Positions 1 through 14,670 of a stretch of 64,000 bases of DNA are shown here, piece after piece (positions within the stretch are counted from its first letter, which is position 1; every line of letters begins with the position of its first letter). The stretch is from Eledone cirrhosa (lineage: Eukaryota), in assembly GCA_964016885.1 (NCBI GenBank), contig OZ024743.1, positions 40,176,001 through 40,240,000 of the forward strand, in the 5' to 3' direction. The position numbers were made by a program, and so were the translations under genes. Below the pieces are notes generated by a model. It had not been told where the DNA came from and ran no database searches. It worked only from the letters and a program-made list of their open reading frames with translations.

Positions 1-742
1 TGAAAGATAATGGTCAAGAGAAAGGGATGGGAGAATTGTTCTGGTTCAGTGAATATGGATAGTTCGCTGGGGTGTCAGAATTCAGATTTTCTATTGAATA
101 AAGAAAGTAAAGATATGTATGTTTATTTGTGTGCTTGTGTGTGTGTGTTGTGTGTGTGTGTGTCTGAATTTCTTTACTTAAAAAAAGGTGGCTCACGAAG
201 GTTTTTTTTAATAAACGTGATTTGATTGGTTATAAATGAAAATTGGCTGTCACGTGAACAAGTTTTCATTACATTTTTGCGCCCTTATTTGGAAATCTAT
301 TCTGTAGCCTTTATAGAGAATGTTATGACAAGGGAAAGATAGTGGTCAAGAGAAATGGGATTGAGAGAATTGTTCTGGTTCAGTGAATATGGTTAGTTCG
401 CTGGGGTGTCAGAGTTCAGATTTTCTATTGAAGTAAAGATATGTATGTTTATTTGTGTGCTTGTGTGTGTGTGTATATATTGGAAGATGATTATATTAGT
501 AGAAATGGGGGAGGGAGTTGTGTGTGTGTGTATATGGGTGGTATGTGTGTGTGTGCGAGTATGTTAAGATGGAGAGAATATATATTTTGTGTGTGTGTAT
601 ATATGTGTGTAGGAAAGTGGTTCTATTAGTAGAAATGGGGAGGGAGTTGTGGTGTGGGGGTTGTTATGTGTGTGTATGGATGTTATGTGTGTGGTAGTAT
701 GGTTAGCATGTTAAGATGAAAAGAATACATATATATATATAT

Positions 743-833
<91 letters not shown>

Positions 834-1020
834 GAAAATGATTCCTTTAGTAGGAATATTTTTGAATGAACATATTTTCCTTACTTATTCGTATTTGTCC
901 TGTTGTATTGTCAGTGCAAACGTATGTTAAGGTTTATTTAGTTCGGGTTTTTATTTTCTAAAGTAAAAGGTGTTACGCGTGTGTGTATATGTCATATTAT
1001 GGTGTTGACATAATGTATAT

Positions 1021-1690
1021 TAAACCATATTTAATGCTGGTCTATATTTTTGAATAAACATATTTTCCTTATTTATTCGTATTTGTTCTGTTGTATTGTT
1101 AGCGCAAAGGTAAAATGGGAAGACTTGGAATTTGGGTGTCTTATTACTTGCGCAAATGTCTAGATATGCACTTAGTGGTATCTGTCTCGTGGTTGGATCT
1201 CGTAATTGTTGGCGATGAACTGTCGTTCTGTTTCTGAGTGTGAGTTTAGTTTGTCCTATATAATCTTCTTTGCATCCTTTACATTTAATGGCATAAATTA
1301 GATTTGTTGATGAGCAAGTGAAGTGATTTTTTACAGTAAAATGTTGTCCTTATTTAAATGTATACGTGTTGCCTTCACTGAGGTGAGTGCAGGTTCCACA
1401 ATTAGAGCGACCACATGTTTTGATACTCGGTTGTGGGTTTGTGGTAGGTAATTTGGCATTGGTGAGTAATGTTTTCAGTGATTTTGGTTGTCTTTTGCTT
1501 TTGATTATTTTGTGTGTTTCAAGGGCTTTTTTCATCTTGGGTTTTGTTTTAGTAGTGGGAGGTTCTTGTAAATAGTGTTGTAAGCCTCCGCATTTCTTGG
1601 GTTGTGTGTTGAGATATATGATAGAATATTGGACGTACCTTGAATTTGTTTCTGTTTCCGTAATTCATCAATGCCTATTGCTTTAGCCCT
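1021..1690 (-). pseudogene. PLE GIY-YIG endonuclease remnant with in-frame stops
   Basis: Manual translation gives KTCGRSNCGTCTHL...FTCSSTNLIYAIKCKGCKEDYIGQTKLTLRNR...KENMFIQKYRPALN. A Cys knuckle before GIY-YIG is typical of Neptune-type PLEs. Confidence 0.85.
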
Positions 1691-2095
1691 TTAACCATAT
1701 TCACTTAACCAGAACAATTCTCCCAATCCCATTTCTCTTGACCACTATCTTTACCTTGTCATAACATTCTCTATAAAGGCTACAGAATAGAATTCCAAAT
1801 AAGGGCGCAAAAATGTAATGAAAACTTGTTCACGTGACAGACAAATTTCATTTATAACCAATCAAATTACGTTTATTAAAAAAAAGCCTTCGTGAGCCAC
1901 CTTTTTTTTAAGTAAAGAAATTCAAACATACACACACACAACACACACACACAAGCACACAAATAAACATACATATCTTTACTTTCTTTATTCAATAGAA
2001 AATCTGAATTCTGACACCCCAGCGATCTAACCATATTCACTGAACCAGAACAATTCTCCCATCCCTTTCTCTTGACCATTATCTTTCACTTATCA

Positions 2096-2281
2096 AGGAC
2101 GGTGAATTGGCAGTATCGGTAGAGGGTTGGACGCCATGCTTTCTAGCATAGTTACGTCCCTTTACGGTTTGAGTTCAAATCCCGCTGAGGTTAACTTTGC
2201 CTTTCATCCTTACGGGGTCGATAAAATAAAGTACCAGTAATGCACTGGGTAATTGCTGGCCTTGTGCCTAAAGTAGAAACA
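2096..2281 (+). mobile_element. tRNA-derived SINE with Deu/Nin-like core and 18-bp TSD
   Basis: A-box-like TGGCAGTATCGG, B-box GAGTTCAAATCC and core GCCTTTCATCCTTACGGGGTCGATAAAATAAAGTACCAG. Flanked by ATTATCTTTCACTTATCA at 2078-2095 and 2282-2299. Confidence 0.9.
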
Positions 2282-2669
2282 ATTATCTTTCACTTATCAT
2301 AAAATTCTATAAAAAGGCTACAGAATGGATTTCCAAATAAGGGCACTAAAATTTAATGAAAACTTGTTCACGTGACAGCCATAATTTCATTTATAACCAA
2401 CCAAAAAAAAGCCTTCGTGGGCCCCTTTTTTCAAGTAAAATGAAATTCAAACACTCATATATGAAAAGACAACCTGTGACACCCCCCCCCTCTTATTTGA
2501 AGAACTATTGTAACGCGAACTGACGCGAAATTTATTATAATTATTGACAAACCAATCAAATTACTTCTCGAAAAACCTGGCATTTCGAGCCACTTTTTCC
2601 ATATAAAACAAGTAACATTCAGAGGCCAACCAGATGTGAGAAAAACCACAGACCCTCTATCTCAACTCA

Positions 2670-2707
2670 CCTTTTGAAAAGCAGAAGAACTGCGAAACCG
2701 GTAAAGG
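2670..2707 (+). ncRNA. Minimal type I hammerhead ribozyme, U3-A8 core variant
   Basis: CCTT-TTGAAAA-GCAG aagaa CTGC-GAAA-CCGG-TA-AAGG. Confidence 0.7.
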
Positions 2708-2770
2708 AACCAAATAAATATATATATATTTTTTTTTAAATAAGACTCCAGTTGCATTTTCGATTTCATC

Positions 2771-2902
<132 letters not shown>

Positions 2903-2905
2903 TAT

Positions 2906-3017
<112 letters not shown>

Positions 3018-6000
3018 ATATATATGTCTGTGTGTGTGTGTGTGTGTGTGCATTTATATGTGCGTGTGTGTGTGCTTGTTTTCGTGTGTACTAATGATAT
3101 AGTGTATACCAGGTAATGCTGTATTTCTTATTGCATTCATTGAGAGAATCAATGATCTGAACATCAAATAGAAAATAAAATGTATTCCGGTCAAGATCCT
3201 TTTCTTTTCTTTCCATCTCTTTCTCCCTTTTTCCCTCCCATCATCACTCCCTTCCATACCTTTTCCTTCACTTTCCTGCTTCTTTTCTTCTTGAGATTCT
3301 ATTTAAAAGACTAAATGAAATGTAAGCCATTTATCATCGGTGTTTAACCTCTCTATGCTCTCCTGTTATACTCGTAGGATTCTCATTTGAATACATTCAG
3401 ATGGATTTCCGATTAAATAGATCCATTGTAGGACAAATATGAATGTGCAAAATCTAAATGAAATCTTTTTGCTATGTGATATACCTTCTGCTCCCGAATT
3501 TGATGCTCTCTCGTATGAATACCTGTCAACCAATTTCTTGTATTTATTGCAACTGTTTGAGTGGTAGATGGAATCTGTCCCTATTTAACCATATTTTTTT
3601 TAACACGTTTCTAATAAAATTCGTTTCATATGATTTGGAGATATTTAGTTTAATATCTAAAATTCTCATTTATTAGGCTGGTGTTGAGATCGTACATAAT
3701 GAAAATATTCTTACGGAAAATTATTTTGAATATTTGAACCCATCTGTTTTTCGTAGTTCTAAGGAATATCACTGCCTATAATTGTAATACAATATTAAAC
3801 ATAATCAAAGCTTTGGATCAGTTTAGCAATAAAACGAATTGTCTTATTATTAAGTTGGTATTTGGAGTATAACTTAAAAAAGGCTCTAATATAATTATGT
3901 TGGGATGTTTTATTAAATAAAATAAGCATGTTAAACAAATAGTTTTGTATTAGATCAAAAGATGTTGCAGGCGGTTTGACATAACTAAAACAGGTAATAC
4001 AACTATCACAGTCTGCATTAATAGTGTCCACTCAGCTACAAGCATTTGCTGAGCTTTCAATACATTGTAAATCAGAATGTACTATTTATTTTTCTCCGAA
4101 GTTAGGGAGGATCTTTTAAAGATCATTTTAGCCTCCCATACCTCTCTCATTATTACATAAAAAAATAAAAAGCAAACTGAAGTAGACACAAATCAATTTT
4201 CTATATTTTATATTGTCTAACCTCTTCTATCTAGGAAGTACAATTTCTTCCAATTGTCTGTTTTGTGTATTTATTATATTACGATTTAAATGGATATATA
4301 TCTTATATGGTTTTAAATCGTGCTGTTGTTAATATACACTGTTAGAGATTACAAAGCAATCTCAAAAGATATTAATGCCATGTTTGACATGAGTCTTTCT
4401 CACCTAATGTAAGAAAACTAATTTCTACCGTTATCATTCTGCGCTCTCTCAATCCCCAGATATCTTATCATTTAGTTTTCTCTAAAACGGTCACCGTATA
4501 TTGCCGTTTATATATAAACGTCTTCAGAATACGTTCTTTTTTAATATGGGGTGTATGTGTGGAAACCTACTGACTGCGTAATAAGCGGGCTTACACTAAT
4601 TCTATACCATAAGGATTTACTCCAACAACGTTTCAAGGGACGCTCGATTTTGTAGGATTGATAGCAAAAAATAACTTGCTATCTTATAAGAGTGGCTTGA
4701 TTGATAGAGTAAAAATAGTGAAGTCTTCTTAACACGCGATGGATTCTGTGGGGCAACGTCTTGACAAAATAACGTATTTAGGCATTTCAAATTTGATCGA
4801 ACCCATCTTTCGCCAGGCCATAACACAACCGATTTCACCCAGGTAAAGAAAGATAAGAGGAATCCAATCCAGTACTGGATTAAACGTCTTTGAATAGATG
4901 AAAGCCTAAGGGAATCTTTGCGGCATTTGAACTCAGGGCATATTCAGTCTCAGCAGATCCCGACGCCGTCTTGATAAAAAGCTCTAATGACACTGTTAAG
5001 ACCCAGCCTTAATTGAGAGTATATTTCTAGCTACAATCTCCTTTTCCTTGATTAGAACAGAATATTTTCATACCACGTGTCACGGATCAGGCCTAGTCTA
5101 GGGCTAAACAATTATTAAGCTTAAATTTGTCCAGCACATTCCTCTTCACAGAGAACCATTTATAATCAACGTTTTCTTGTGATCTTGTTTTCTTCTGTAA
5201 GTATTTAGTTATAATGCGTCAGAGAATTTAACAGAGTGTTTGACCAAAAACTCTTCCATCACCTATTCCCTCCTCTACAATGTTCTGATTCACAGCTGAC
5301 TCATATAACTTATATATTTGTCAGTTTTCTACCTCATCATATATATTCTCACGACATTCTACATTTTCTCGCATATTTATTATTCTTTATTTGAAATCTC
5401 ATTCAGCATATTATCTCGGGACGCTTATAATTCACTATCTCTATATAACAAAAGACCTGAACACATCGCTTCACTGAACAATGAAGATTGAAGTTATCAA
5501 GAAAAGTTTAAACGTATTATTTCTTTATTCGTATTTGCAATTATAGAGATATTTCTGCTCGCCTTCCATTAAGATAGTTATCATTCCACTAAGAAATTGT
5601 AAGCCATAAATGTGTGATGTATCCAATACATTGCCATACACTGTATTTCTTTGTCTAATTCCCATATTGAAATATATCAACACTTAGATTTTGATAGCTT
5701 TTCATATTTTTTTGTGAATAATATTGAATTCCCATCAGATTTAGCGGTAACCAAAGCTGTTGTGTCCAGTATATACTTAGAGTAAGCCAGAGGTTGCGCT
5801 TCCGAAAAGCTGCACACCCGCGATGAGTTGCGATTTAGATGTAGTTTATGTTATATTTGGTGATGATTGTGACCAACTGAGTGTGCAACACATGGCTTTA
5901 TTTGGGATGTGTTCTATGTTGTATGTGTATGTATAAGAAGCAGCGATACAAGGACTAAGGCACGATGTAAGATGCTTTAGAAGTACTGGTATATATGGAC

Positions 6001-6683
6001 TGAATGTACGATATTAATTTACAAGAGAAAATTTCGAAGATGTAATCAGAACAATTCATATATTGCCAAACGTTCAGTATCATTGGATGCATACACAGTG
6101 ACGATGCTGTCTCGCTTAACCTTTTAAACATTTCGTTACAATGTTTGCAAAAAGAATGCTTATTATTTTCAAATCACCTTGATAATAATTAAAGATGTAG
6201 AGTAATTGACAAATGTAACAAGATTTTTTATTACTATACATTTTATGAGATAGTGCAAACAGTAAAGTTGTTATCGCAAGGAATATTTTCACCCGTTACA
6301 ATGTATATTTTAATGAACGATCCTGCTAATTATTTTCAAGTCATTTTCAACAATAACATGAATATGAAATGAATCTCTAATACAACTAACTTTTTCATTA
6401 TTCAGAATTTGTATAAAGTATAGTTTAATAATTTTACAACATTTTGATGAAATGTTCTTTCAAATAAATATAACGATTAAAAACAAAACTGCATTGTATC
6501 ATACAAGCACAAGTGGTTTTAGTCGGGTTAGTATGAAAATGGTTAAAGCAAGATGAATGACAACACTAGTCAGACAACTGTTATCGGTGAATCCCATCCC
6601 ATCCTGCTTCGGATGTTTGCTGGTGTTAGGAGCAACGAAATTACTATTTAGGTGAAATGTACTTAATTTTTCACTCTTGTATG

Positions 6684-6723
<40 letters not shown>

Positions 6724-6939
6724 ATGGATGTATACACCTCTACACAAATATATCATCTCTAACCTTTTCTTCCTTTCTCCAGGTTTTTACATTTCATTGT
6801 TCATATTTTTTTTTTTTCATATTCTGAGATATTACTCGAATCGTCAGATCACCTCTAATATATCTTTGTTCAAAAGTATTCCCACTCTACGCTCATTACT
6901 CGTATATTCGTGAATACATTTAAGTTTTTGAAGGAAGAA

Positions 6940-7850
6940 AGCGTTCCTCAAGAATGGATAGGTGTATTAATGGTAGCATATAAAGATAAATGTCCAAACG
7001 ATGATTGATGTAAGTATCGTGGGATAGTGTTTCTGTCAGTTGAAGTAAAAGTCTTGTGGAAGATCATGTCGGGTAGTTTGCTTAATAACACTACAGACAA
7101 TGATATTTCTGTGTTGTGCTGACGCTTTAGAAGAGACAAAGGGAAAACAGGCATAATGTTCTTTGTGAGGCAACTACAGAAAAAATTGCATTGTACTAGG
7201 AATGGATTTGTAACACGTTTATGATACATCGAATATGATTGCTTTATGGACGATTCGGATTAAGATAGATTATTCTGGCATGTCCATTTCATTGCTGATA
7301 GCTTTTCAGGAAGTTATTCAAGCTTGTAAGGTTTTGTGTTTGGACGATTCTGATGTTGTTGCACCTTCTGAGAGTGACATGCAGCACCTGTGGATTAGTT
7401 TTCGGAGGCATATATCTCATTGGGTCTGACAATCAGTCTGCCCAAAACAGTCGTCATGTATCAACCTATCCGGATTTCACTGACACTAGCATTTATTTGA
7501 ATAGTAAAACATAGAGGACTGATGATAAATCTATGTATTTAAGCAGCGTAGGTGAACATGAAAACAGCCTTGACGATGAAATCTATTTTCAACTAAAGAA
7601 AGCAAGTAATTCTTTTGGTAAACTAGATGGGCGTCCTTAGTATCGACGTCGGATTTTCATTGTGGCAACATTAAATATATACAAAACATATGTGTTGTGT
7701 GCTTGTGAAATTTGGGTCACATAGCAGCGAAATATAAAGATATATGCCACAAAGAAATTGCCGATCACCTCGAATTCTAAAATGTTCGAGATCATTACTG
7801 TGAGATCGTCCACAAATATCGACTCAGCCCTTCCACCTCCATTCCCTGAA
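6940..7850 (+). pseudogene. Highly decayed RTE-type LINE reverse transcriptase fragment
   Basis: Remnants resembling YRGIxLLSVxxK, MFFVRQLQKKL, LDDSDVVA and SLPKTVVMYQ, similar to the RTE at 39-40.8 kb. Many frameshifts. Confidence 0.7.
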
Positions 7851-10800
7851 GATCGGACCAACCCCAGCTGACTTGAGGACAGAGTCCAATCATCGATTGA
7901 TCCAAATTGATCAGAGTCATACTGAAACCAGATTTACTACCTAACCTCTGTATGATATAATGTCTGAGGTAGCTTATTCGGGATAACGCCCGTCTGTACC
8001 TCCCCTGCCAGACGATTGACGCTTTAGTAAAAATATTAAATTCTGGATTGAATAGAGTTATGTGTAAGAAATTAACTATAAACAAAACCCCTTCTTTACG
8101 TTTTTCCTCATCAGCGGTACAATGCCACGACTCACAGGTATGGGAATTCCCTCGTAGTATTGCCAATTGCAGTAGAGAGCTCGGAAGATATCGGAGAACA
8201 AACTTGGCATATCTAAGTAAAACTCTTCCGTTCAAACGACCAGAGCTTTTCGTATTTCGGCTGCTGTTATCGGCTTTCCGCCGAAATCCGCACCAGTCGC
8301 CGCGAGAAGCAGAAAACTTTCGATATTGGAACTGTAGTTAGCTTTCGCTCCCTCGTTTCTTACAGCATGCACCTTAGATCTGACAATGCAACCTTCATGT
8401 TTCACACTGAAATTGCTTTGCTCTGACTAAATGCTCTTCATCGGATATAATGTATTTTAGGTATCTTTCACACTAACATTGTAATGCCACTTCTGAACTC
8501 GAGAGTTTATAGAAATGTTTCTGTATATCAGAGTCTTTTATTTATTTTTCATTGCCGGCAATAACACGGACGGGAGGGCTGTGGAGGCGTTACTTATTTG
8601 CTTGTTGGTTGAACAAAATTGTCCTCTTATTTATGTGTCTATAATGATTATTTCAGTGCTTTTGCAGACGTAACTGCGATTGTATCGTTATTGTTGTTTT
8701 TGTTATAGTTGTTGATGTTGTAGTTGTTCCTGATGATGTTGTTATATTGTTGCTATAATTAATAATATTGTTGTTGCAGTTACTGTTGTCAACATTATTT
8801 GTTCTTGCTTTGGCTTCTGTTGCTTATTTGTATTACATGTTTGCTTTTGCCATGGTGATGTTGTTGATAGTTGTGGTACTCATATAATTGTTGTTGTTCT
8901 TACTGTTGTTGTGACGTTCAGCTTTTTACTGGTGCTGCTCTTTTTGTTGTTGCTACTGTTTCTTTTGCTGCTACAAATGAAGTTGCTGTTGTTGCTGCGG
9001 CTGTTGTTGATTCTATTGCTGCTGTTGTAGTGTAGTTGGTTTTGTGGTTGCTGCTGCTAATGCAGATGTCACTGATTCTTTTACAATTTTGCTTTCCTTT
9101 TCAGCAGACTAACCTCTTTCCTCGGTAGTCTTTCTTTTTTATTGACAAACATCGAGGGACGTGCCTGAAAACAAAACCTGGGTTTAACCCCCAAGAGCTA
9201 CAGTTGCAGAAAAACTAACCAACACCTTCAAGGTGACAAATGTTCCATATATATCATTGGGCAACAAAAGAACAAACAGACTTATAGGAGTGATGTTAAA
9301 CACGTGTCGATGAACGAACGAAAGAAATAATAATAATAATGAGGATCATGATGATAATTATGATGATAATGATGATAATGATGATGATGAAGATGATGAT
9401 GATAATACTGAGTCAAAAAATTTCATTATGATTTTCAATAAAATTGTTCGTAAACTCAATCAATAATGCTGTGACATATTAGCCAATGTATTTGGTATTC
9501 TCTTCCTTTTTCTTCCACACTTTCTGCTGCCAACTTATAAAAGAAGAAATAATTAAACAAGTTCTGTCGGTAACCGAATGAACGTAATGAATGTATAAAG
9601 AAAAATAATTTGAAAATATGAAGAAAATAAAGACAACAATTATTTCATAAAAAAGCCTAATGCTTTTTCATTTCATTTTATTTTATTTTATATAATTTAT
9701 ATATATTTTTTTAATATTTTTGAAATTCTGTTTTAACGATAAGGAGTAAGGAGTAAATGAAAACGGTGGCAAAAGAAATTCCATTTTTTTTTTTTCTAAT
9801 ATTGCATTTGATAAATGAGGTCTCTTGGCACTTAATTTTGCGAGGTTCTATACAAAAATTTGACATAATCTAAAATACATGAGCCAGATCATGTAAACAT
9901 TTTTTTCAAATTCTTTTTCACTTCTAAGTCTTTTAAATCCTTGTCACACCCAAATTGAAAATAATTAAATGGTTTAGTTTAATAGAGAGTAAAGGGTTAT
10001 TTCACTTGAAGAATTATCTCCTTATTTGAGCTTCTGTGCCACATGTCTCAGAATGAAGCTCTAATAAAGTTCTTTCCTTATATGAAGGTGATGATAAATT
10101 CCGGTATGTAAAATAATTTGTGAAAATTGATCAAAATAATTTTTTTCAATATTTCGAAAATGTTTACAATGTATGTTTATACAAGTGTTTATGTACTTCT
10201 ATCTATTTAAATATATACCTGCATATACAAAATATTTGCTTGCTTTATAGGCCCACAGCGATTATCCTGATGTATCATCTGCCATTATTGAAAGTTAATT
10301 ACATCTATATAGTCCCACATTGGAAATATGCTTCTCTGTGTGCCGTATCCAAAAATGGAAATTACTCTGATGTTTCATTTTACCGGTATATCAAATAAAA
10401 TCATGCAAACATTTGCGAGTCATTTTTTTTCCCACCAGGTTATCAATCATATTTTTGATTCAATGGTTTTTGCAGAGCTAGATGTGCGAGGAAACCAAAA
10501 CGCTTTGTCACTTAGTAGTGCCTCATCTTTCTATAGCAAGTAGTTGGGCGTCATCAAAGCGAAATACTTTGACCTCGACTGGCAGGAAAACATTTGGTCC
10601 ACTACGTAAACACATGCAGACTTACGCACACACACACATGCATATTGTTTTACAACCATTTCATTTGACTAACAAGGATATTCTATTCCTGCAAGAATAA
10701 CTCCTCAGTATCTAATAACTACAAAAGAGTGAATACTTTATATTTTAAAATTCAAACCTGAGAAAGGACCGACAAATCTAAACAATAGCATTCAAATAAT

Positions 10801-11178
10801 GTACAGAAAACGTAAAAACTATGGAAGCCTTAAGACATATTAAATTAATCAGTGATAAAAAATTAAACGTAACGTTCAGTAGCTATAAATATTTTACGAA
10901 CAAAATATCTTGATGTAAAGTATACTATACACTAAAACAGATCTAGCTATTTACTAATAGAATTTATAAATGTTATTACACTTACTAGGGGAAGTTATAA
11001 AATTAGTATGATTAGAATTTACGAAGAAGACACTAGAACATTTTGAGAGTAATGAAGTAATGACTATATTTATAATAAAGTGAAGGTTTATTGATTAAGT
11101 AACTTCTAACAACTTAATATATAGTTACAGAGGAGATTGCTTATTTTTAGAAGGAAATTCTGATTATAACATAGTAAG

Positions 11179-11217
<39 letters not shown>

Positions 11218-11245
11218 ATCAAAAGATGGTTAAAGGAGTCCCATG

Positions 11246-11316
11246 TATTTTATTATGCGCATTTCAAAAACAAACATCATCATGCAATAATATTTGTGTT
11301 TTCATCAGATAAAACA
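11246..11316 (-). ncRNA. Type I hammerhead ribozyme in the Naiad A 3' terminal repeat
   Basis: Reverse complement: TGTTTTAT-CTGATGA-AAAC ACAAATATTATT gcat GATGATGTTTGT TTTT-GAAA-TGCGCA-TA-ATAAAATA. Confidence 0.9.
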
Positions 11317-12117
11317 GGAGGACATGATATGAAGGCTAAAAAACACTTGTGGATAGTGCAGTTTTAAATCAACATATGAGAAGTACTTTTAGATTGATGT
11401 GTGATATTGGGAAAAATATTTTATTTAGGGTGGAAAGGATGAAAAAAAGGGGAGGAGATGAGAGTGAAGGTGGAGAGGGAGAGATGGGTGATAGAGAGAG
11501 AGAGATAGTTTTTATAACTGAGAAAGATATATTGTTTTACATAGAGAGGTTGAAAACCGTTGGAAGATAATGTATAAATTAAAAGATTTGAAAATTAACG
11601 AAGGGAAAAATATGTACGAAGAAGGAGAGGGAGTTAATATGTATTGAGATTAAAAAGTTTGATGATAGAGAGAATAGAATAATGAATTGCGGATGAATAT
11701 TCTAACGTCAAAAATGTGTGTATGTTTACAAGTATTATGGAAATTTGAAAATTAACGAAGAGAAAAAAAATTATTAAGGTTTGTGTATTGAAGGATTTGA
11801 GAAAAATAATGTGAAGTTAAGGTTTGTATATTGAAGGAATTGATAATATGTGCGAAGAAAGAGTTAATATGTATTAAGAATGAGTTAGATGATGGGGAGA
11901 AAAATAATGAATTAAGGATGAATAATCTGGCGTCAAAACAAATGTATATGTTACGAAGGATTTAACAAGGTGAAAATAGAGTAAGGGTAATGAGTAAACA
12001 AGTATTATAGAGTGTATAATACCCTTTGAAATAAGGTAGGAAGATGGGTATATTTTAAAAGAGGTGTATGTATATGTGCCTTTGAGAAAAGATTCTAAAT
12101 TGATAAAGAATTGAATA

Positions 12118-14505
12118 TTAGCTGTATACTTTGTGAAATGTCTTATGGAATTTATGCGAGCAGATAAAAAACAAATCTGTTTGTCTATTTATTATAGAAT
12201 CTAGATTAGAGATAATGGTAAATTTTTCATTTAGGCAGAGATTGCAGATTTTAGAAGACGCAGAAGAAACCTTCTTCCAAAAGATGGTATATTTAATGTT
12301 TTTGTCTTTCAAGGACCATATGAGTTCTGAGAGAGCCGTGTTGGTTCTTTTAAGTTTGTATTTAAAAGATGAATGATGATTATAGAGATGAGCTTTAAAA
12401 GAGGTGGAAGTGGAGCCAAAATAGGTGAAGGAATTGGTGTTAGTTATAATTTACATTCATAAATTAAGTTTTTATCAAGACAATGGTTGTTGAGAGGACA
12501 TTTATTTTTAATAGGGAAATTGCAATTGCAATTAGAGAGATTATTAATGAGTGACCTAGTGTTATCTATAGAAGGAATTGGATTGGAGAAGTTGTTTGCG
12601 ATAGGAATAATAGGAATAATAGTTTCTTGATTTAAAGTTGGATTATGAACATTTAGCGAAGTTGTGTTTGACGTTGTATTTGGGTTTACAGAAATTAGCC
12701 TAGGGTTTACAATGACGTCGGGAATACTATTACTGTTATTATGAAATTCAGTGTTGGAAGGAAGAGATTTAGTATTTAGTATTTTATTGTTGTGTTTAGA
12801 GATAATGTTGGAAATATTGGAGGATGTAGAATAAGAAAATTTGATGGTGTGTTTGTTAAATATTTTACTATAGATATGTGAGGGAGGGAAGCATTTATTT
12901 AAGGCACTAACGAATAATTTAGGAATATTGTTATTAATAGAGATTGAGAAAGGAGCATTATACCAGATTATGTTTTTGTATCTAGGTCTTTTATTAAAGT
13001 TATTGGAATTATCATGATTAATTATTCTACTGTAAGTTTTTCTAGAATTTGTTTCTTTACTATATTTGATTTTATCAGGATAGCCGGCTTTAGAAAGTGC
13101 GTTATTATAGTAATTGGCGTTAGCATCAAAGATGTTTTTATTAGAAGATATGTTAGATATTCTTTTTCCAATATTACTAACTATAGCATTCTTGATATTA
13201 GGAGGATGGTTAGATTTAAAGTTAACATAATTTAGGTTCTCACTGTTTTTATGGTAAGGGTAATATAGGCCAGTGTCAAGATTAAGAGATACATCCAAGA
13301 AATTAGCTAGTTTGATACTGTTATCAAATTCAATTTTTAGGTTATGTTGGTTAAAGAGATTACGTATATTGTTCTTAATAATATTAAGGTTAACTATATT
13401 GCAATTTAAGATAGTAAAGAGTCCATTGTCACGATAAATTCCACCGCGAAGTTGAGGAATTTTCCGACTCAAAGAGTTCAAAATAAAGATACCAATTAAA
13501 TCAGTCAATTTGGATGAATCGGATGCTCCCATTGTGATGTCGAAGTTGTTAGAGGTATCGGCTCTGGTCCAATATTCGTTGTTGAACTCTAGGATGGTTT
13601 TACGTGCGGTGAGGATGATGTGAAGTTCATCTGTGGTGATGTCAGAATATTTAAGTGCGAAAGGTAGAGCATTATTGAGAAGTGAAGGCGAAATGGAGGA
13701 ATAGTAGCTGGCAATATCAAATTGAATAAATTTTAGTTTGTTTTTATTATCCAATTTGTTGAACCAGCCAATCACTTCAGAAGTAGCAAACCATAAATTT
13801 AGGTTCAAAGAAGAGCAATTAGAACGAACCTGTGGGATAATTCTATCCAAGATGGCTTTACTAACAACCCCCAGATCAGATTTAGAGGGGGCGATTAATC
13901 TAACAGGTAGTTCAGTGCGAAAATTGATTTTGTGATCCTTGAGATTTATCCTCGGAGTTCTTGGGAGGAATGGTTCGGTCTTTTTTTATAATGCCAAGTT
14001 TTGACATAATCTCAGGGGCTTCAAGGTTTATGTATTCTAAATTTTCATGGTTGGTTTTACGATATTTTTTCCTAAGTTCCTTTAGGATAAGGTTGTTATA
14101 ATTATCCTTGGAAATACCATATAAGTATTTGGTTTTGTCAGAGTGGACTAAAACATTTTTTGAGGAATTTAGGTTAGAAATTGTGTTCTTGAGATTTACA
14201 AGGTGCTCTTGTCCTTTGTAAGGGTATCTCTTGAATTTAAGATTTTTTATTATTTTAGTTAACTCTTCCTCGAATTGCACTAGATTTTTGTTGGAAGGAG
14301 TATTTCTTCTAGAATTAAATAGATGATCGAGGAAGTTATGTTCTTTGGTATAGAAGTTCCCTTTTAGGCGCTGGTCATAGAAATAGGCTATCCATCTAAG
14401 TCTTCTTACGAAGGAGTCAGTTTTTTCAATTAGAAGTTTGGTGAATTCAGATTTACCAGGTATAGGAATGTCTTTAGTTGAATTGGTTATGTTGTAATAA
14501 TCCAT
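12118..14505 (-). pseudogene. Naiad-type PLE RT/GIY-YIG polyprotein (frameshift ~13900, stop ~12444)
   Basis: ORFs 13912-14505, 12444-13850 and 12118-12312 contain FIQFDIASYYSSI, FDITMGASDS, GIYRDNGL (degenerate YRDD), FLDVSLNL, SNHPP, CNC..CPL..C, IYECK..YFGSTS and CNLCLNEK. Confidence 0.92.
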
Positions 14506-14620
14506 GTTGTAGAAGATGAAGTAATCTTATATATTATGTATACTCCAGTCCTACAAACTGTAGAGTGCTTCTTATCCGATATCTGTATTGCTTTATTGCA
14601 CTACAATAAAACTCACCTCC

Positions 14621-14670
<50 letters not shown>

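Larger units (their letters stand above)
1..2765 (-). mobile_element. 5'-truncated Penelope-like element (Neptune-like): GIY-YIG remnant plus 3' UTR, with an inverted copy of the 3' UTR attached
   Basis: 1-430 is the reverse complement of ~1690-2090. The minus-strand GIY-YIG remnant lies between them. The inverted arm ends in an HHR and a (TA)n tract. Confidence 0.8.
11215..14622 (-). mobile_element. Near full-length Penelope-like element, Naiad-type (copy A), flanked by (TA)n on both sides
   Basis: RT and GIY-YIG ORF remnants, a ~900-nt 3' UTR ending in an HHR, and (TA)n at 11181-11214 and 14622-14665. Confidence 0.9.

Noticed and set aside
2096-2190. tRNA gene
   Set aside because: The A/B boxes belong to a SINE head with TSDs, and there is no cloverleaf.
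9050-9180. Minus-strand splice-acceptor-like site (GTTTTGTTTTCAG) that might start a terminal exon
   Set aside because: All frames close quickly, there is no recognisable protein, and no partner exons were found.
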